Part shown: one piece after another, positions 1-12,629 of the stretch
Numbering within the stretch: the stretch's first letter is position 1
Layout: every line of letters starts with the position of its first letter
NCBI RefSeq assembly: GCF_006345805.1
Contig: NC_042998.1
Span: 35,278,001 to 35,342,000 of the forward strand
Direction of reading: 5' to 3'
Length of the DNA stretch: 64,000 nucleotides
DNA from: Octopus sinensis
Taxonomy: Eukaryota
Program-made: the position numbers and the translations under genes
The notes under the pieces: generated by a model
Seen by the model: only the letters and a program-made list of their open reading frames with translations
Told to the model about the DNA's origin: nothing
Database searches by the model: none

Positions 1-121
1 AAAACATAGTGTATAAAGGCACTCACAGACATACAGACAAAGGCACACTCATACAAACACATACAGATAGACCGACAGAAATATGTATTCATTATGCATA
101 TATACATATGCATAATGTGCA

Positions 122-179
<58 letters not shown>

Positions 180-284
180 GGTGGATGGATGGATTTATTG
201 ATGAATGGATAGATGGATTATTCCCAAACAGCAGGTGTTAAAAAAACCCAAGATTCAATGTAGTTAGAATATAGTATCTTTAAG

Positions 285-337
<53 letters not shown>

Positions 338-915
338 TGTGTTATTCAGAAACAGCGTGTATTTAAACATTTTAAATCTATCGTCATTACAGTAACGTTG
401 CAATAATGCCTGTATTCTGTATTTTCACAAACATAAGTACAACTTTTTATTGTCTTTGCACAAAAGAAAAATAAATGATACTCCCTTGACATATTTCATG
501 ACGGATTGGCTACTCTTCGGAGTTCATGTATGCCTCATTCTTCAACCCGTTCTTCTCAAGCATAAACTCAAACCGAGCTGCATGTTTTGCATTTGTAGAC
601 GAAGTGCTTAACTAATTTATAAATATTTAATCCACACACATCGACATTACAAAATTTATGTTAAATTTAACGCTGTCACACTAGAGATTTTAACCCGAAA
701 CAATAATGAATATGGATTCATTAGAAAGCGATCTAACCGTTCCTGTCAACGCAGAAATAATACCAAGATGATTTCTTTTTCTACTTGTCAGAGGCCAAGT
801 AACACTCATTTTTCCGACAACATAACAAAAGTGTGTGTGTGTGCGCGTGTATGAATGTGTGTGTGTATATGTGCATATATGTGGATGTTTGTGTGTATAT
901 ATAGATATATATATA

Positions 916-952
916 GGCGTAGGAGTGGCTGTGTGGTAAGAAATTTGCTTCC
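916..952 (+). mobile_element. 5' head fragment of tRNA-derived SINE (family B), truncated at GCTTCC
   Basis: GGCGTAGGAGTGGCTGTGTGGTAAGAAATTTGCTTCC matches the heads of the full copies at 36751 and 52930, but continues GGT instead of (C/A)CAACCAC. Confidence 0.8.
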
Positions 953-2970
953 GGTATAGCGTTTGTCAGTTGGATTGTTGGTTTTGCTAGTAACGCACGT
1001 GTTTTTTGTTTTGTTTTGTTTTGTTTTTTGCTGTCTTGGCGGTGCGACGTTTTCCCTCTTGTTTAATGGAGGGGCGTCGGGTGAGGAGTTGTGAAGGCTT
1101 GAATTGTTCTTCTTTAAACTTTGTAAACTATCCTTCTTCAGACTTTGTGTCGTCTGAGGAGGAAATGGTGGAAATGGTACTTGAAGAGGATTAATGAAGC
1201 AATCTAGACGAAGAATTATGCAGAGGTGACGAAATAAAGAAGCAAAGACGTTAGTCTGGAGGACGTGAGCAAGTTCAAGGGAATGATTGAAAGGGAGGGG
1301 AACGAAGTGAAGGGGTTCCGCTTACCCCCAAAGAAGTTTTAAAAGAAAAAAGTGAGAAGACAATAAGTTACAGAACGTACTCGGTGGCCACCAGGAAGAT
1401 TGAGATCATGTCAACGGCTCAGGTAGAAAAGGCACTTAGGCCAATCTGGCAGGGAATCACCTACCTCCCCAAAGGTAGAAAATTTGGAACAGTGGAGGTG
1501 CGGTTTCGGGAGGTAGCTACTGCCAGGCTGCACTCAGCAACACCGCTGAGAACTAATGCAGTGGTTCATCTACCCCAGAAGTGGATATGGCCTCGCTGGT
1601 AGCTGCCATACTGTTAAGCATGGAGGAGAAGGTAGTGGTCCTTCAGGCCACCAGAATATCCCACAGGAACTGGTAAAGACAAAACCTCGATATGGTGGTA
1701 CAGGTTGCCGTGGAAGTTATCGAAAATATGGTAGAGACAATCACGGTCGGAGACGCAACACTGAAAGGTAGAGTGGAATGGAAGTTTCCGTGATGCTATA
1801 AATGTGGCTTAAAAGGCCACATTAGAGCGGATTGGCCTCCATCACATGTGAAGGCTAAGGAGAGACAAGAGAATGAGAAAGTGGCTGGTGCTCTACTACC
1901 CGTGGAGGTTGAGGAAAAGGAGAGTGGAGTGGCGCTACAGATAAAAACCAGTACCAGTGTTGAAGAAGAGGAGATGGACAATGAATGGGATACAGCTGGG
2001 GAAAAGAGAAGAGGGAAAAAAGGCACACGCTGTAAAGGACGAACCCCATCCCACACCCACCCAGCTCTCGCCCACATCCACTCTACCCCAACCACTCCCT
2101 ACAGACACCAGCCCTCTCCATGCCCTACCTGACAAACACAAACACACAGGAGCCCCAAATTTCCCCACCCTCGCCCTTTGAAAAATATATGTACCGTAGA
2201 GACAATGAAGAAGTGTATAACGAAATAGGATCTTTTCGGTTTGAACGGCAGTTTTTTCTAGCGGTGTCATATGAAATTGTCACCCATAATTATGATCCTA
2301 GTATCGATCTATTGCGTTTCAATCTGTTTTAGAGTTAGGGTTAGGGGTTGGGGGAAGGGTATCTTTTTTTCTTCACAAATGTAAATAAACCCAATCTGTC
2401 TCTTAAAGGAGGGACATATTCACACGGCACAGAATGTTGTTTACCTCAATGGACGTAATTGATTGGTTGAAGAAAAAAACAACAGATATCTTACAAACTA
2501 TAGAATTTTCTCAATAAAGCCAAGAGAAAAAGATGTTTTATAAACACGTTTAAAAACTGCCGTTCAAACCGAAAAGATCCACGAAATATACTCGTGGGAC
2601 AGTGTTATAAAAGTGGATGTATCAGGAGTGAAAGCGATGCTCCGAGTACCTTCGTTGTGTTGTGGCAGACCCAGAATATATATCAAGATTGAAAGACTTT
2701 GAGGAAAACCATGACTGTGAGTGGACACCAGCTCAATGCCTAAACAAGTATGTGTTTATGATATTTTAAAGGAAGCGCAATGTAAACATCCTTCGGGGGA
2801 ATGATAATTAGCTGTCGCTAATAATTGTTATAAACTAGGTTTTAAAAAAAAAAATTTTTAATAAAAAAACGTTTTCGCTTCATTTTATCTTTCATTATAT
2901 TAATTCATCCTTTCCATTCGTTTTGTTTTTTTGTCCCGATCTTGTGTTGTCTCCTCTAATGTACAACTTG
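953..2970 (+). mobile_element. Tx1/L1-clade non-LTR retrotransposon remnant: 5' region, degenerate gag-like ORF1, AT-rich tail
   Basis: Frameshifted ORF1 pieces (1384-1602, 1556-1771, 1848-2132, 2120-2750). Zinc knuckle CYKCGLKGHIRADW at 1794-1835 (CX2CX4HX4C with last C>W). Tx1-type RT fragment lies just downstream. Confidence 0.65.
2228..2580. mobile_element. Non-autonomous DNA transposon (MITE), Merlin/hAT-like, with internal TTAGGG block
   Basis: 28-bp perfect TIR GGATCTTTTCGGTTTGAACGGCAGTTTT / AAAACTGCCGTTCAAACCGAAAAGATCC; 8-bp TSD ACGAAATA at 2220-2227 and 2581-2588. Confidence 0.9.
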
Positions 2971-3005
2971 CATAGCCTGGCTATGAAATAAAGAAGTTTG
3001 CTTCC

Positions 3006-3700
3006 GGTTGAAGACTTCGGTCGTGATTTTATTTCCGCTCTGTGAGTTATAATTGTTGAAATTCTGTTATTTATTGTAAACTGTTGTTGAAAATTATTAT
3101 TGTGAACTGTTGCCTGTCTGCAGGCTGCGTTGGAGAATTTTATTTCCCGGTATTTCGGAGAATAGTGAAATTTCTGTAGCCATTTGGCAATTGTTTCTAC
3201 GATTGGAAAAGTTATCCTTTGTAAGCATTGTTGAACTGCGGCCCACCCCCAAACGAGGATGGGATTTGAACTGTTGTTCCTATGGCGAAGAATTTAATTT
3301 TTGAACTGTGGAAAAAAAAGGGGGAAACCTATGATTTTCTTTTGAAAAAAAAATGTATTCAGCCGCTTTAGGCTCTTTATTCGAGCTCCGCCTGACGGGG
3401 GTGAGATTTGAACTGTTGTTTCTCTTGAGAGAAAGTAATGTTTTTGAACAGAAAAAAAAAAGGAACGGAATCCTATAATTTTTCCTTTGGAAAAAAAGAA
3501 CTGTTTTTTTTCAGCCATTTTTGGCTTCATTGAGCTACGCTCCCACCACTGACTGGGGTGGGATTTGAACTTATTGATTGCCCAAAAAAATCTGGGAACT
3601 ATTTTCCTTTTTTCTTTTCTTTTTTTTTTTTTGTCCGTGTGTTTCTGCTTATTTATCTCGACCGAAAAGTCAGTGGGGATAATAAGAGAAAAATGCTCTC
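3006..3700 (+). repeat. Tx1-associated non-coding segment with about three ~150-160 bp tandem units; homologous to 16646-17390
   Basis: Unit motif GATTTGAACT recurs near 3263, 3405 and 3562. Blocks ATTTCCCGG...GCCATTTGGCA and CCCCCAAACG..GG..TTGAACTG are shared with 17160-17320. Confidence 0.6.
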
Positions 3701-3709
3701 TCGAAGAGT

Positions 3710-4310
3710 GTGAGGCTTTGGAGGCTAACCAGCCTCCAAAATAAGTCACCAAAGGCTTTGCGGCAGTCGCAGCAGTACAAATGGAAAGTCTGGAGATCTC
3801 ATTGGGGGAACTCCAGAAAATGTTTAAAACGATACGAGGCGGTAGCAGGAGCAAAGGTTAACCAGGAAAAGTCGGTCGGCTTGCAACTCGGCACCTGGAA
3901 GGGCAAGTCGATGTCGTCCAATAACGTCGTGGAGCGTTGAACGGAAAGTCCGGTTAAGCTGCTAGGGTCTGATTCGGCCCAGACCTCCAGATAGAGAAAA
4001 ATTGGAGCGAGGTCACGAACAAGGTGACGGCCTTAACCCAGACCTCGTCTGGGCGGGCGTTATCTTTGCTGGGGCGGGCAGAAGTGGCGCAGATGTTCAT
4101 AGCATCAGTCATCACCTACCGCCTGACCGCTGTGCCTTGCCCCGATTTGTGGTTGAACAAGTTGGAAAGAATTCTTTTACGCTTTTTGTGGAAGGTAGGA
4201 AAGCCACTTGTGAAGGGCTCTGACTGCTTTCAAAAACCGCTAAAGGGTTAGCTAGGGATGCCTTGACTGAGGATGCGAAAATTGGCCTTAAGGTTGAGGC
4301 ACCTCTGGCC
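3710..4310 (+). pseudogene. Tx1/L1 ORF2 reverse transcriptase C-terminal fragment
   Basis: LKRYEAVAGAKVNQEKSVGLQLGTW and RALSLLGRAEVAQMFIASVITYRL..CP...KLERILLRFLWK.GKPLV....CFQKPLKG are typical L1/Tx1 post-YADD motifs; stops and frameshifts present. Confidence 0.8.
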
Positions 4311-4638
4311 TATATATATGTATGTATATATACAGGCACACAGACACATAATGCACATGTGTGTTTGTGTGTGTGTGTGTGTGTATGTGTAAGTTTTTAA
4401 AATATGTCTAGTTATGAAAATATGTTCTTATGTCGTCTAAGTAAGCAGGAAATTAAGAAATTCTCAAGAATATTCACAACTTTAAAGAAAATGGCTGAGA
4501 ATGCTAGTCAAAAGGAGTGACTCTGAGATTCGCGAACGTGAATGCAAACATGCATATCCACGCACACATGCATGCACACACGCATACACAGACAATCTGC
4601 ACAAACAATCTGCACACACACACACACACCACACACAC

Positions 4639-4672
<34 letters not shown>

Positions 4673-5257
4673 CGTACATGCAAACAAAGTAACGAAATTT
4701 ACCCTTATATGTACTCTGCACAAATAGAATCGATTCAGATATGCACGTACCCTCGTAGCATATATTCATACTTACACCTACCCTGGCGAATATTTATAGA
4801 CCATCTCTAAAACAGATATTATCTGCAGCCACAGCAGAAGCAGTATCAATCACCCTTATCATCTACCTCTTCACTACCACTGCAATCATCATCAGCAGCA
4901 ACAGCATCATCATCATCATCATCATCATACACATTATTTGCCTTTGTCTCGTCGTTACGATTGACTATACAATACCATACAACGTGAAGCACGTCAGATG
5001 TGAATTGACGATTGCCGAACTAATCTATGACAGCTTGCATAATAACACAGCTATCTTCACGGCAGGAGAACCTACATTCGTAAGACAAAAATGTATATCC
5101 AAAACTATAAAAACATGAAAATATTTTCTTTCTTTTTTTGTTTGTTTTTATTTTAAAGCGTATTTGTAATGTATGCCAGAAGATGTAAGTTTGAACCGCT
5201 AGAAATGTAAATCAGTTTTTATAATCTTATCTAAAAAAAATGATCATAATAACAGTA

Positions 5258-5295
<38 letters not shown>

Positions 5296-5510
5296 CACAT
5301 AATACTCTGTAAGGTGGAAGATTGTTCTGAATAAACACAATGTTGACGGCAAATATCTAATTAAATGATAATAAGTAAAACGTTATGAAGAAAAGAAGTT
5401 TTCTTCGAAAAATTCGTTTTTTTTCTTCTTTTTATGAGGCTGCAAATCAAATATAATTTCATTTCCAAATGTGAAGTGTATATACATGTATATATATTAT
5501 ATATATATAT

Positions 5511-5544
<34 letters not shown>

Positions 5545-6149
5545 CCGTTGTCCCCGAGTAGAGATATGTTATGAATACTTGAATTTCGTTTTTACTTTAA
5601 ATTCATTTTCTTTATATTTCATTAATCTTAATAAACAATTCTTCTAAGGTTTCATCGCTCGAGACTTGTAACCTTTCAAAACAACATAACAAAACCATTT
5701 TACTGTCCTCTTAACCAATTATATTCGCGTGATTGTCTAGGATGAATGAAATTCAACTCTACCTTACTTTTTTTTTTCATGCTGCAAGTGAGTTTCTGAT
5801 TAATGTGAAACAAGATTCAGTGAAGCTCATAACCTTCTCAAGAACATTGGTAAAATACTACGGAGATGTACTTGTATAGCAAGTGACCTGATCAGAGATC
5901 GTGTGCTGAAACAAAAACAATTGCAGCGTGGAAGGTGTTCATAAGCCATTTATAAACACACAAAAACCGTCAGATTCACTTCAACATTTAAATTTAATTT
6001 GCCAAAATATTTTCGTCGCTTTGGGACCGCTATCTGTTCACTGACATAATTCCGTGCTGCGTATATTTCTCATTTATTTTTATCAAAATAATTAAAAGTT
6101 ATCATAAAAGTATTATCATAGTTATGATAAATGTATTATTATTTATTTC

Positions 6150-6374
6150 TTTTACTACCCACAAGGGGCCAAACACAGAAGGGACAAGCAAGGACAGACA
6201 AACGGATTAAGTCAATTACATCAACCCAGTGCGTAACTGGTACTTAATTTATCGATCCCGAAAGGATGAAAGGCAAAGTCGATCACGGTGGAATTTGAAC
6301 TCGGAACGCAACGGCAGACGAAATACGGCTACGCATTTCGCCCGGTGTGCTAACGATTCTGCCAGCTCGCCGCC
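6150..6374 (-). mobile_element. tRNA-derived SINE family A (Nin/Deu-like central domain)
   Basis: Reverse complement of GGCGGCGAGCTGGCAGAA..GTTCAAATTCC..CCTTTCGGGGTCGAT..AAGTACCAGTT; TSD AAATGTATTATTATT at 6129-6143 and 6378-6392. Confidence 0.9.
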
Positions 6375-6381
6375 TTAAAAT

Positions 6382-6383
<2 letters not shown>

Positions 6384-6466
<83 letters not shown>
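6384..6466. repeat. (ATT)n microsatellite
   Basis: Direct reading. Confidence 0.98.
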
Positions 6467-6764
6467 GAATGTATCAAAAATGAGGCTAATTTTTAATTTT
6501 TTTTTATAAAAATAAATTAGTATTTTATGTAGCACGGAATTTTGTCAGTGAACAGGTCGCGGTCTCAAAGCGACGAAAATATTTTGACAAATTAAATTTA
6601 AATGTTGAAGTGAATCTAACAGATTTTGTGTGTTTTTAAATCGCTTATAAACACTTTCTACGCTGCAATTGGTAAAATAAGAATTTTCGAAATATAATCA
6701 AAACTCACTTGGGATCGCAATGTTCTGTATGTTAAATAGGCGTTAGAAGGTTCCCAACTATATA

Positions 6765-6833
6765 GTTCCCAACCACATATGTTCCGGGTTCAGTCCCCCT
6801 GCACGGCACTTTGAGCAAGTGTCTTCTACTATA
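6765..6833 (+). mobile_element. SINE family B fragment (portion downstream of GCTTCC)
   Basis: TTCCCAACCACATATGTTCCGGGTTCAGTCCC..GCAAGTGTCTTCTACTATA matches the family B B-box region. Confidence 0.75.
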
Positions 6834-6904
6834 CGTAACACTAGACTTGAACAGGTCTTAAGATGCTTACATAAACATACCAAAACGCTTAAGAAATGTA
6901 ACAC

Positions 6905-7118
6905 CAAGGGGCTAAACACAGAGAGGACAAACAAGGACAGACAGACGGATTAAGTCGATTATATCGACCCCAGTGCGTAACTGGTACTTAATTTATCGAC
7001 CCCGAAGGGATGAAAGGCAAAGTCGACCTGGGCGAAATTTGAACTCAAAACGTAACGGCAGACGAAATACGGCTAAGCATTTGGCCCGGCGTGCTAACGT
7101 TTCTGCCAGCTCGCCGCC
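6905..7118 (-). mobile_element. SINE family A
   Basis: Near-identical to 6150-6374 and 18806-19035. Confidence 0.9.
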
Positions 7119-7342
7119 GTCTCTAGTTAGATACAACCCTGACTTTGGACAGTAACCGGTGTAAAACTGAGGTCAACAGCGCAAGCTTAGAAACAGATCA
7201 AATTCCAGGTTCAAAACCACCTCCGCCACCCACCCCCCATCTCCCCTTGAACCCTGACTAACAAACCACTTTATCAGTTCACTTCGATACTAGCTAAATG
7301 GACAGACCCTGAAGAAGCTGTTCGGTTGCATCCTGCAATTGC

Positions 7343-7406
<64 letters not shown>

Positions 7407-8335
7407 AGACCAGATGTTCTATTAGAATAGCGTTGATCTTTAGTCAAGGATGAACTAGAACTAAACAAGAAAACGATCGCGAAATCGAGCAACAAACACA
7501 GCCTACAAGAAGTTTGGTTATTCTTTGCGTTGCGCACCATATATTTGTACAGGTTGTTTGGTAGACATAAACGACGGACGAGAATGACAAAAGACAAGTG
7601 TTGGAAACACTGGAGATTGCTATCTAAGGGAGAGAATCACTTCTAAGTTTATTTTCCTTACATAAAATCATTATCAAAGAGTGAAGAGAGTATATATATA
7701 TATTTCCATATAATTCCATATAATTCTTTTATGTTTTCATGCGATAAAGTCCTTAAAATCTCTGGTAGCCGTAGACAGTACTATTTCGTCCTCTTTCTGA
7801 ACTCCTTAGCAACGACACAACTCGAGATTTTAAAATTAGTTAATTACATATTAATCTTTTATTTTTACAAAGAAAGAAATTGGAGATAATAGCCACCTGA
7901 TGCATCATATATGAATTTACTTATTATTCATTTTATCATAAAATAAAAGGTTTAGGTTTTGATTAATGAAGGTTTACTGGTTGTTTGTTAAATTTATTGA
8001 CAATATTTTACGCATAATTTTAATTCAAAATGGCCACCCTTTGTTTCACCATAATCCTTAAATTTTTCTCAACCGTTTTATCACTTCACAATTCTTTATG
8101 CCAGACATTTTCAATGCTACAATTTGTTCAGGTCTTGTTTGAGCCGCAAAATTTAATTAAGAGAAAAACAATAAAACAAAAGTATGTTAGGAAGCGTTCT
8201 GTAACATTTGCAACTATTTTTGCAAAGAGGAATATTTCAGTTTTAGGTTTGAGGAGTAAATTATTGTGTTTAAATAATGGGTAAAGGATATGTACCGATA
8301 GTTCGATGTCTCGGTATACTAAATTATAGTGGGAT

Positions 8336-8753
8336 AGGGTGGCGAGCTGGCAGAATCGTTAGCACGCCGGGAGAAAGGCTTAGCGGTATTTCGTCTGCCG
8401 CTACGTTCTAAGTTCAAATTCCGCCGAGGTCTACTTTGCCTTTCATCCTTTCGGGATCGATAAATTAAGTACCAGTTACGCACTGGGGTCGATATAATCG
8501 ACTTAATCCTTTTGTCTGTCCTTTTTTTGTCCTCTCTGTGTTTAGCCCGTTCTGGGTAGTAAAGAAATAGGTATTTTGTCTGTCTTTATGTTCTGAGTTC
8601 AAATCCCGCTGAGGTCGACTTTGCTTTCCATCCTTTCGGGGTCGATTAAATAAGTACCAGTTACTCACTGGGGTCGAAATAATCGACTTAATCCGTTTGT
8701 CTGTCCTTGTTTGTCGTCTCTGTGTTTAGCTCTTTGTGGGTAGTAAAGAAATA
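8336..8753 (+). mobile_element. SINE family A, tandem 1.8-mer
   Basis: Full unit (~8336-8571) followed by a 5'-truncated second unit; 22-bp TSD with 1 mismatch at 8313-8334 and 8754-8775. Confidence 0.9.
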
Positions 8754-8909
8754 GGTATACTAAGTTATAGTGGGAGAATCGATAGGTCACCAGTGAAAGG
8801 GTTTCGTGCCTGGTACGTTCACCACTGTCATTTTGTGTTGTGAGAAAGGTGTTTGTGTTGCATAAGACACCATATTTTCGGAATTTCTTTGTTGATTCTT
8901 ATTGTTGTA

Positions 8910-8911
<2 letters not shown>

Positions 8912-8975
<64 letters not shown>
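8912..8975. repeat. (CT)n microsatellite
   Basis: Direct reading; similar tracts at 9882-9958, 14776-14900 and 39722-39835. Confidence 0.95.
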
Positions 8976-8976
<1 letters not shown>

Positions 8977-9878
8977 GTTGAACTGGCGGAGATTAAGTAT
9001 TGTGCGAGTTGTGTTACTACTCTGAAAATGCATTGTATAGAATATGTTCCTGTAGTTTTCGGGCCGCGTCTGGTATTTAAAATTTTTGGTTCCTTTCGTT
9101 TTCATCATCTCTACAATGACGGCATCTGACTTTTCATTGTATTGCGGTCCTCTTGCATATTTCAAAAACTATTTGCAACGATCTTTTGGTTCAAAGGGAA
9201 CGAGATAACTCAGAGTCAATTTTGCTTTCCTTCTAGTCATTTTTTCTTTTCTTTTTTTTTAGGCTTTCTAGTTTCTAGACTGTTCGCTTTAATCGTCTTG
9301 GCAGTTTGAACAGACAGCTCTCACTTTATACTTAGATTTGATGTGAAAATATCTAACCAATAACAAATAAAACTACCTACCTTGTTGGTCAGAAAGACTG
9401 TAGTTAAGCGTCTTTATATGTATGCATTATCTCTTGTTTCTGCTCGTCTCTTGTTTTATTATTGCATTTCCGTACTTCTCTTATGATTAGACTTTGATCA
9501 TATGCAATTAATTTCGAACCTTTTCGTATTTACTCGAAATCTAGAGACTTTGAACTATTACGGGCTTTTATATATTAGTTCACCGCTCTTTTCATTGCTA
9601 GCTTTTGCAGAAGATTGAGTGTGAATAAAATAGGTTTTCTCTCTCTTTAGCTTTCTTTAGCATACGTTTTCTTTTCAGTTCTCTGTTGTTTTTAACCTCT
9701 GTAAATCTTTCCCTCGAGGTCCGTCTTTTGTTTTCGCGTTGAGTTTCAATGATTTTCTTTCTTCTCCAGAAGATGAGATGATAATCAATTACAATCAAAT
9801 ACAATAATTTGATGCCTTTGGTATCAAGAGCATATTTTTGTTATGGCTGGGTATTCCTTGGGTACGAATCTTATTTCC

Positions 9879-9961
<83 letters not shown>

Positions 9962-10078
9962 GCTAGCGGTAACGGTCTGTTGTATCGTGAAAATATTTTG
10001 TATCTTTTGCCCATTCAAACTGGGTGTGCCCTATCCAGGCGGGGGTATATTTTGTATTTGTATATGAATTATCTGTAA

Positions 10079-10230
10079 AGGCGCGTAGCCTACTGGATTG
10101 GGTGTTACCAGAACGGGGGTTCGATCCCCGGAACGAGCGTTGCGTCGTCTTTTTGAGCAAAACACTTTATTTCTCGTTGCTCCAGTCCACTTAGCTGTAA
10201 ACAGGTCACCCTACACTTAACTAGCCTTCT
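10079..10230 (+). mobile_element. Degenerate tRNA-headed CORE-like SINE fragment
   Basis: GGTTCGATCCC B-box followed by TTGAGCAAAACACTTTA..TGCTCCAGTCCAC..AGCTGTAAA. Confidence 0.55.
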
Positions 10231-10250
10231 GATCAATGGGATGCCATCAT

Positions 10251-10480
10251 ATTTCTTCATTGCCCGCAAGGGGCTAAACACAGAGGGGACAAACAAGGAC
10301 AGACAAACGGATTAATTGATTATATCGACCCCGGTGTGTAACTGGTACTTAATTTATCGACCCCGAAATTATGAAAGGCAAAGTCGACCTCGGTGGAATT
10401 TGAACTCAGAAGGTAACGGTAGACGAAATACCGCTAAACATTTCGCCCAGCGTGCTAACGATTCTGCCAGCTCGCCGCCT
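10251..10480 (-). mobile_element. SINE family A
   Basis: Family match; 19-bp TSD with 2 mismatches at 10232-10250 and 10485-10503. Confidence 0.9.
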
Positions 10481-11244
10481 TATTATCAATGAGATGGCAT
10501 CATTCAAAAGTTAAAACGATGAAAAGCGCATCGTGCTCAATGATGTATAACCACATCCGATAGTCTTGTCGATCACGTGATATGAATTTTCTAAGTCCTA
10601 TCGCAGGAATATTAGCCATGTAAAAAGTACTTTTTTACGGTTGTTCACTAAGGATGCTCACCAGTCATGTCCATTTTTGCTGCTGCTTCGGGTTTCGATT
10701 CTAACTGCATGAAGTTTCCACCGAATTTTCCGTGAGAATTTTGTTTGCTGTGGATATAATCGATTTCCGATCATTTTAAGATCATAACCAACTAGGATAC
10801 GAAGCAAAAATTCCATCTGAATAGGAAATGTATGCTGCAACATTACTAACTGCACTTCTGATATCATTCTCTGTGTCTCGATAGTCTCCTACCACTTTCA
10901 CGTCTAGTATTGTACAATCATAGTAAATCCGGCATATTCTGTCCTAATAACCGTATTTTTAGCAGATTTCTTGTCTATGTAATTTAGATCCGTTGCTCTC
11001 TATTCCAATACCACGCAGCCATGTTTTATAGCTACCACTGCAAATGTATTGACGGCACAGATTCTTTATATTGATACCTGCTTTTCTTTTTTTTTCAATT
11101 CCATTTGTGCGAATTCTACGGATTCCGAGGATTTATAGGCTTATGTTATTATATTCTTACCCAGAGTCTTATTATGGTGATTATATCTGTTTCCAATATC
11201 GACTCCGCGATATCTATTATCATTTCGTAGTCTTTTTATAATTT

Positions 11245-11294
11245 CATTATTATTATTATTATTATCATCATCATCATCAACATCATGATTATTA

Positions 11295-11362
<68 letters not shown>

Positions 11363-11385
11363 GCTTTTACTTTTAATATTATTAT
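11245..11385. repeat. (ATT)n/(ATC)n microsatellite; nearby (TA)n at 11565-11640 and (TACA)n at 11700-11778
   Basis: Direct reading. Confidence 0.95.
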
Positions 11386-11563
11386 TGATATTGTTCCATT
11401 AATTTTCTTTTTATTGGAGGTTTTCTGCGGCAAAGTCAAATGCAGAGCCGTATACTTTGGTCATATGCAGCGTATTTTGTTCTTTTTGTTTTATATCATA
11501 TATAGATATTATGCTTTCTGTACACCACCACACACACACATACAAATGCATGTGTATATATCC

Positions 11564-11640
<77 letters not shown>

Positions 11641-12183
11641 TATATGGCCACAGCTCAAGAGCTGAAACTGGAAAAAATAACACATATATATATATACATA
11701 CATACATACAAACATAGATACATACATACATAAATACATACATACATACATACATACATACATACATACATACATACAGTACTACTAAGCTAGTATATTT
11801 TCCTCGTGCATGTTTGAATGTCCTAAAGCCTGGATAATTTATCCGTCGGCATCTCTTTTCATCCTTACCTATTATTATGTTGATTATACCAGCTTTCGAT
11901 ATGAACATTCTGTACATCTATATTTTTCATATATTTATATTAGAAAAGTTTATTTGTTTTTGAATATGTATTTCGGGTATGGCGAAATTTATTAAGAGAC
12001 GTTGTTATCAGTACTTATTATGGAATTATACGAGTTTTCTCCGGCTCCGCTATGTTGTAGATTTGGTCATAACTCTAGCAAAAGTCAATAATATGTATTC
12101 GACTTATGGCGAAGCACATTTAAATTAAGTGGCAGTACTTTATTATCAAGAACTAACACGTACGTATATTTGCATAAATTCAT

Positions 12184-12242
<59 letters not shown>

Positions 12243-12243
<1 letters not shown>

Positions 12244-12427
12244 CCGGAGTAAACACATAAATGTGAAAAAAGGTGGAAAAAAGACTACTCAAATACCAGT
12301 GGTAGAGTAATTGCTTTATTTTAAGCAGCAGAAAATTCAACAAAATCTGTTACTCTGAGTTTCTCGTTGCCGGCAACGAGAACTCAGAGTAACAGATTTT
12401 GTTGAATTTTCTGCTGCTTAAAATAAA

Positions 12428-12428
<1 letters not shown>
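12243..12428. mobile_element. Short PLE-type terminal repeat element folded back on itself
   Basis: Near-perfect palindrome 12313-12428 centred on GCCGGC (~12368-12373); (TA)n on both sides. Confidence 0.75.
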
Positions 12429-12503
<75 letters not shown>

Positions 12504-12629
12504 GTGCACCATTGTACGAGTAATTTGCTGTACTAACCAAGGCGCGTGCGAAATTTTGTCTTGAAATACGAGCGAAAATCTGCAGTAAGAGCGAGTTTCA
12601 TACAAAGCGACCGCTAGTCGGAAATAAGA

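Noticed and set aside
1006-1194. 68-126 aa ORFs such as 1006-1194, 12730-13053 and 19177-19473 as host genes
   Set aside because: They are low-complexity or lie on the opposite strand or UTR of identified transposon remnants, with no splice structure or domain support
2329-2360. TTAGGG runs as a telomere or fusion scar (also 17630-17660 and 17932-17953)
   Set aside because: Only 2-3 units, each internal to a TIR-bounded MITE
6765-6833. SINE 3' half as the downstream flank of the Tx1 insertion at 953 or 3006
   Set aside because: About 2.4 kb of unrelated sequence lies between the RT fragment and this piece, and no TSD can be defined; kept only as a possibility
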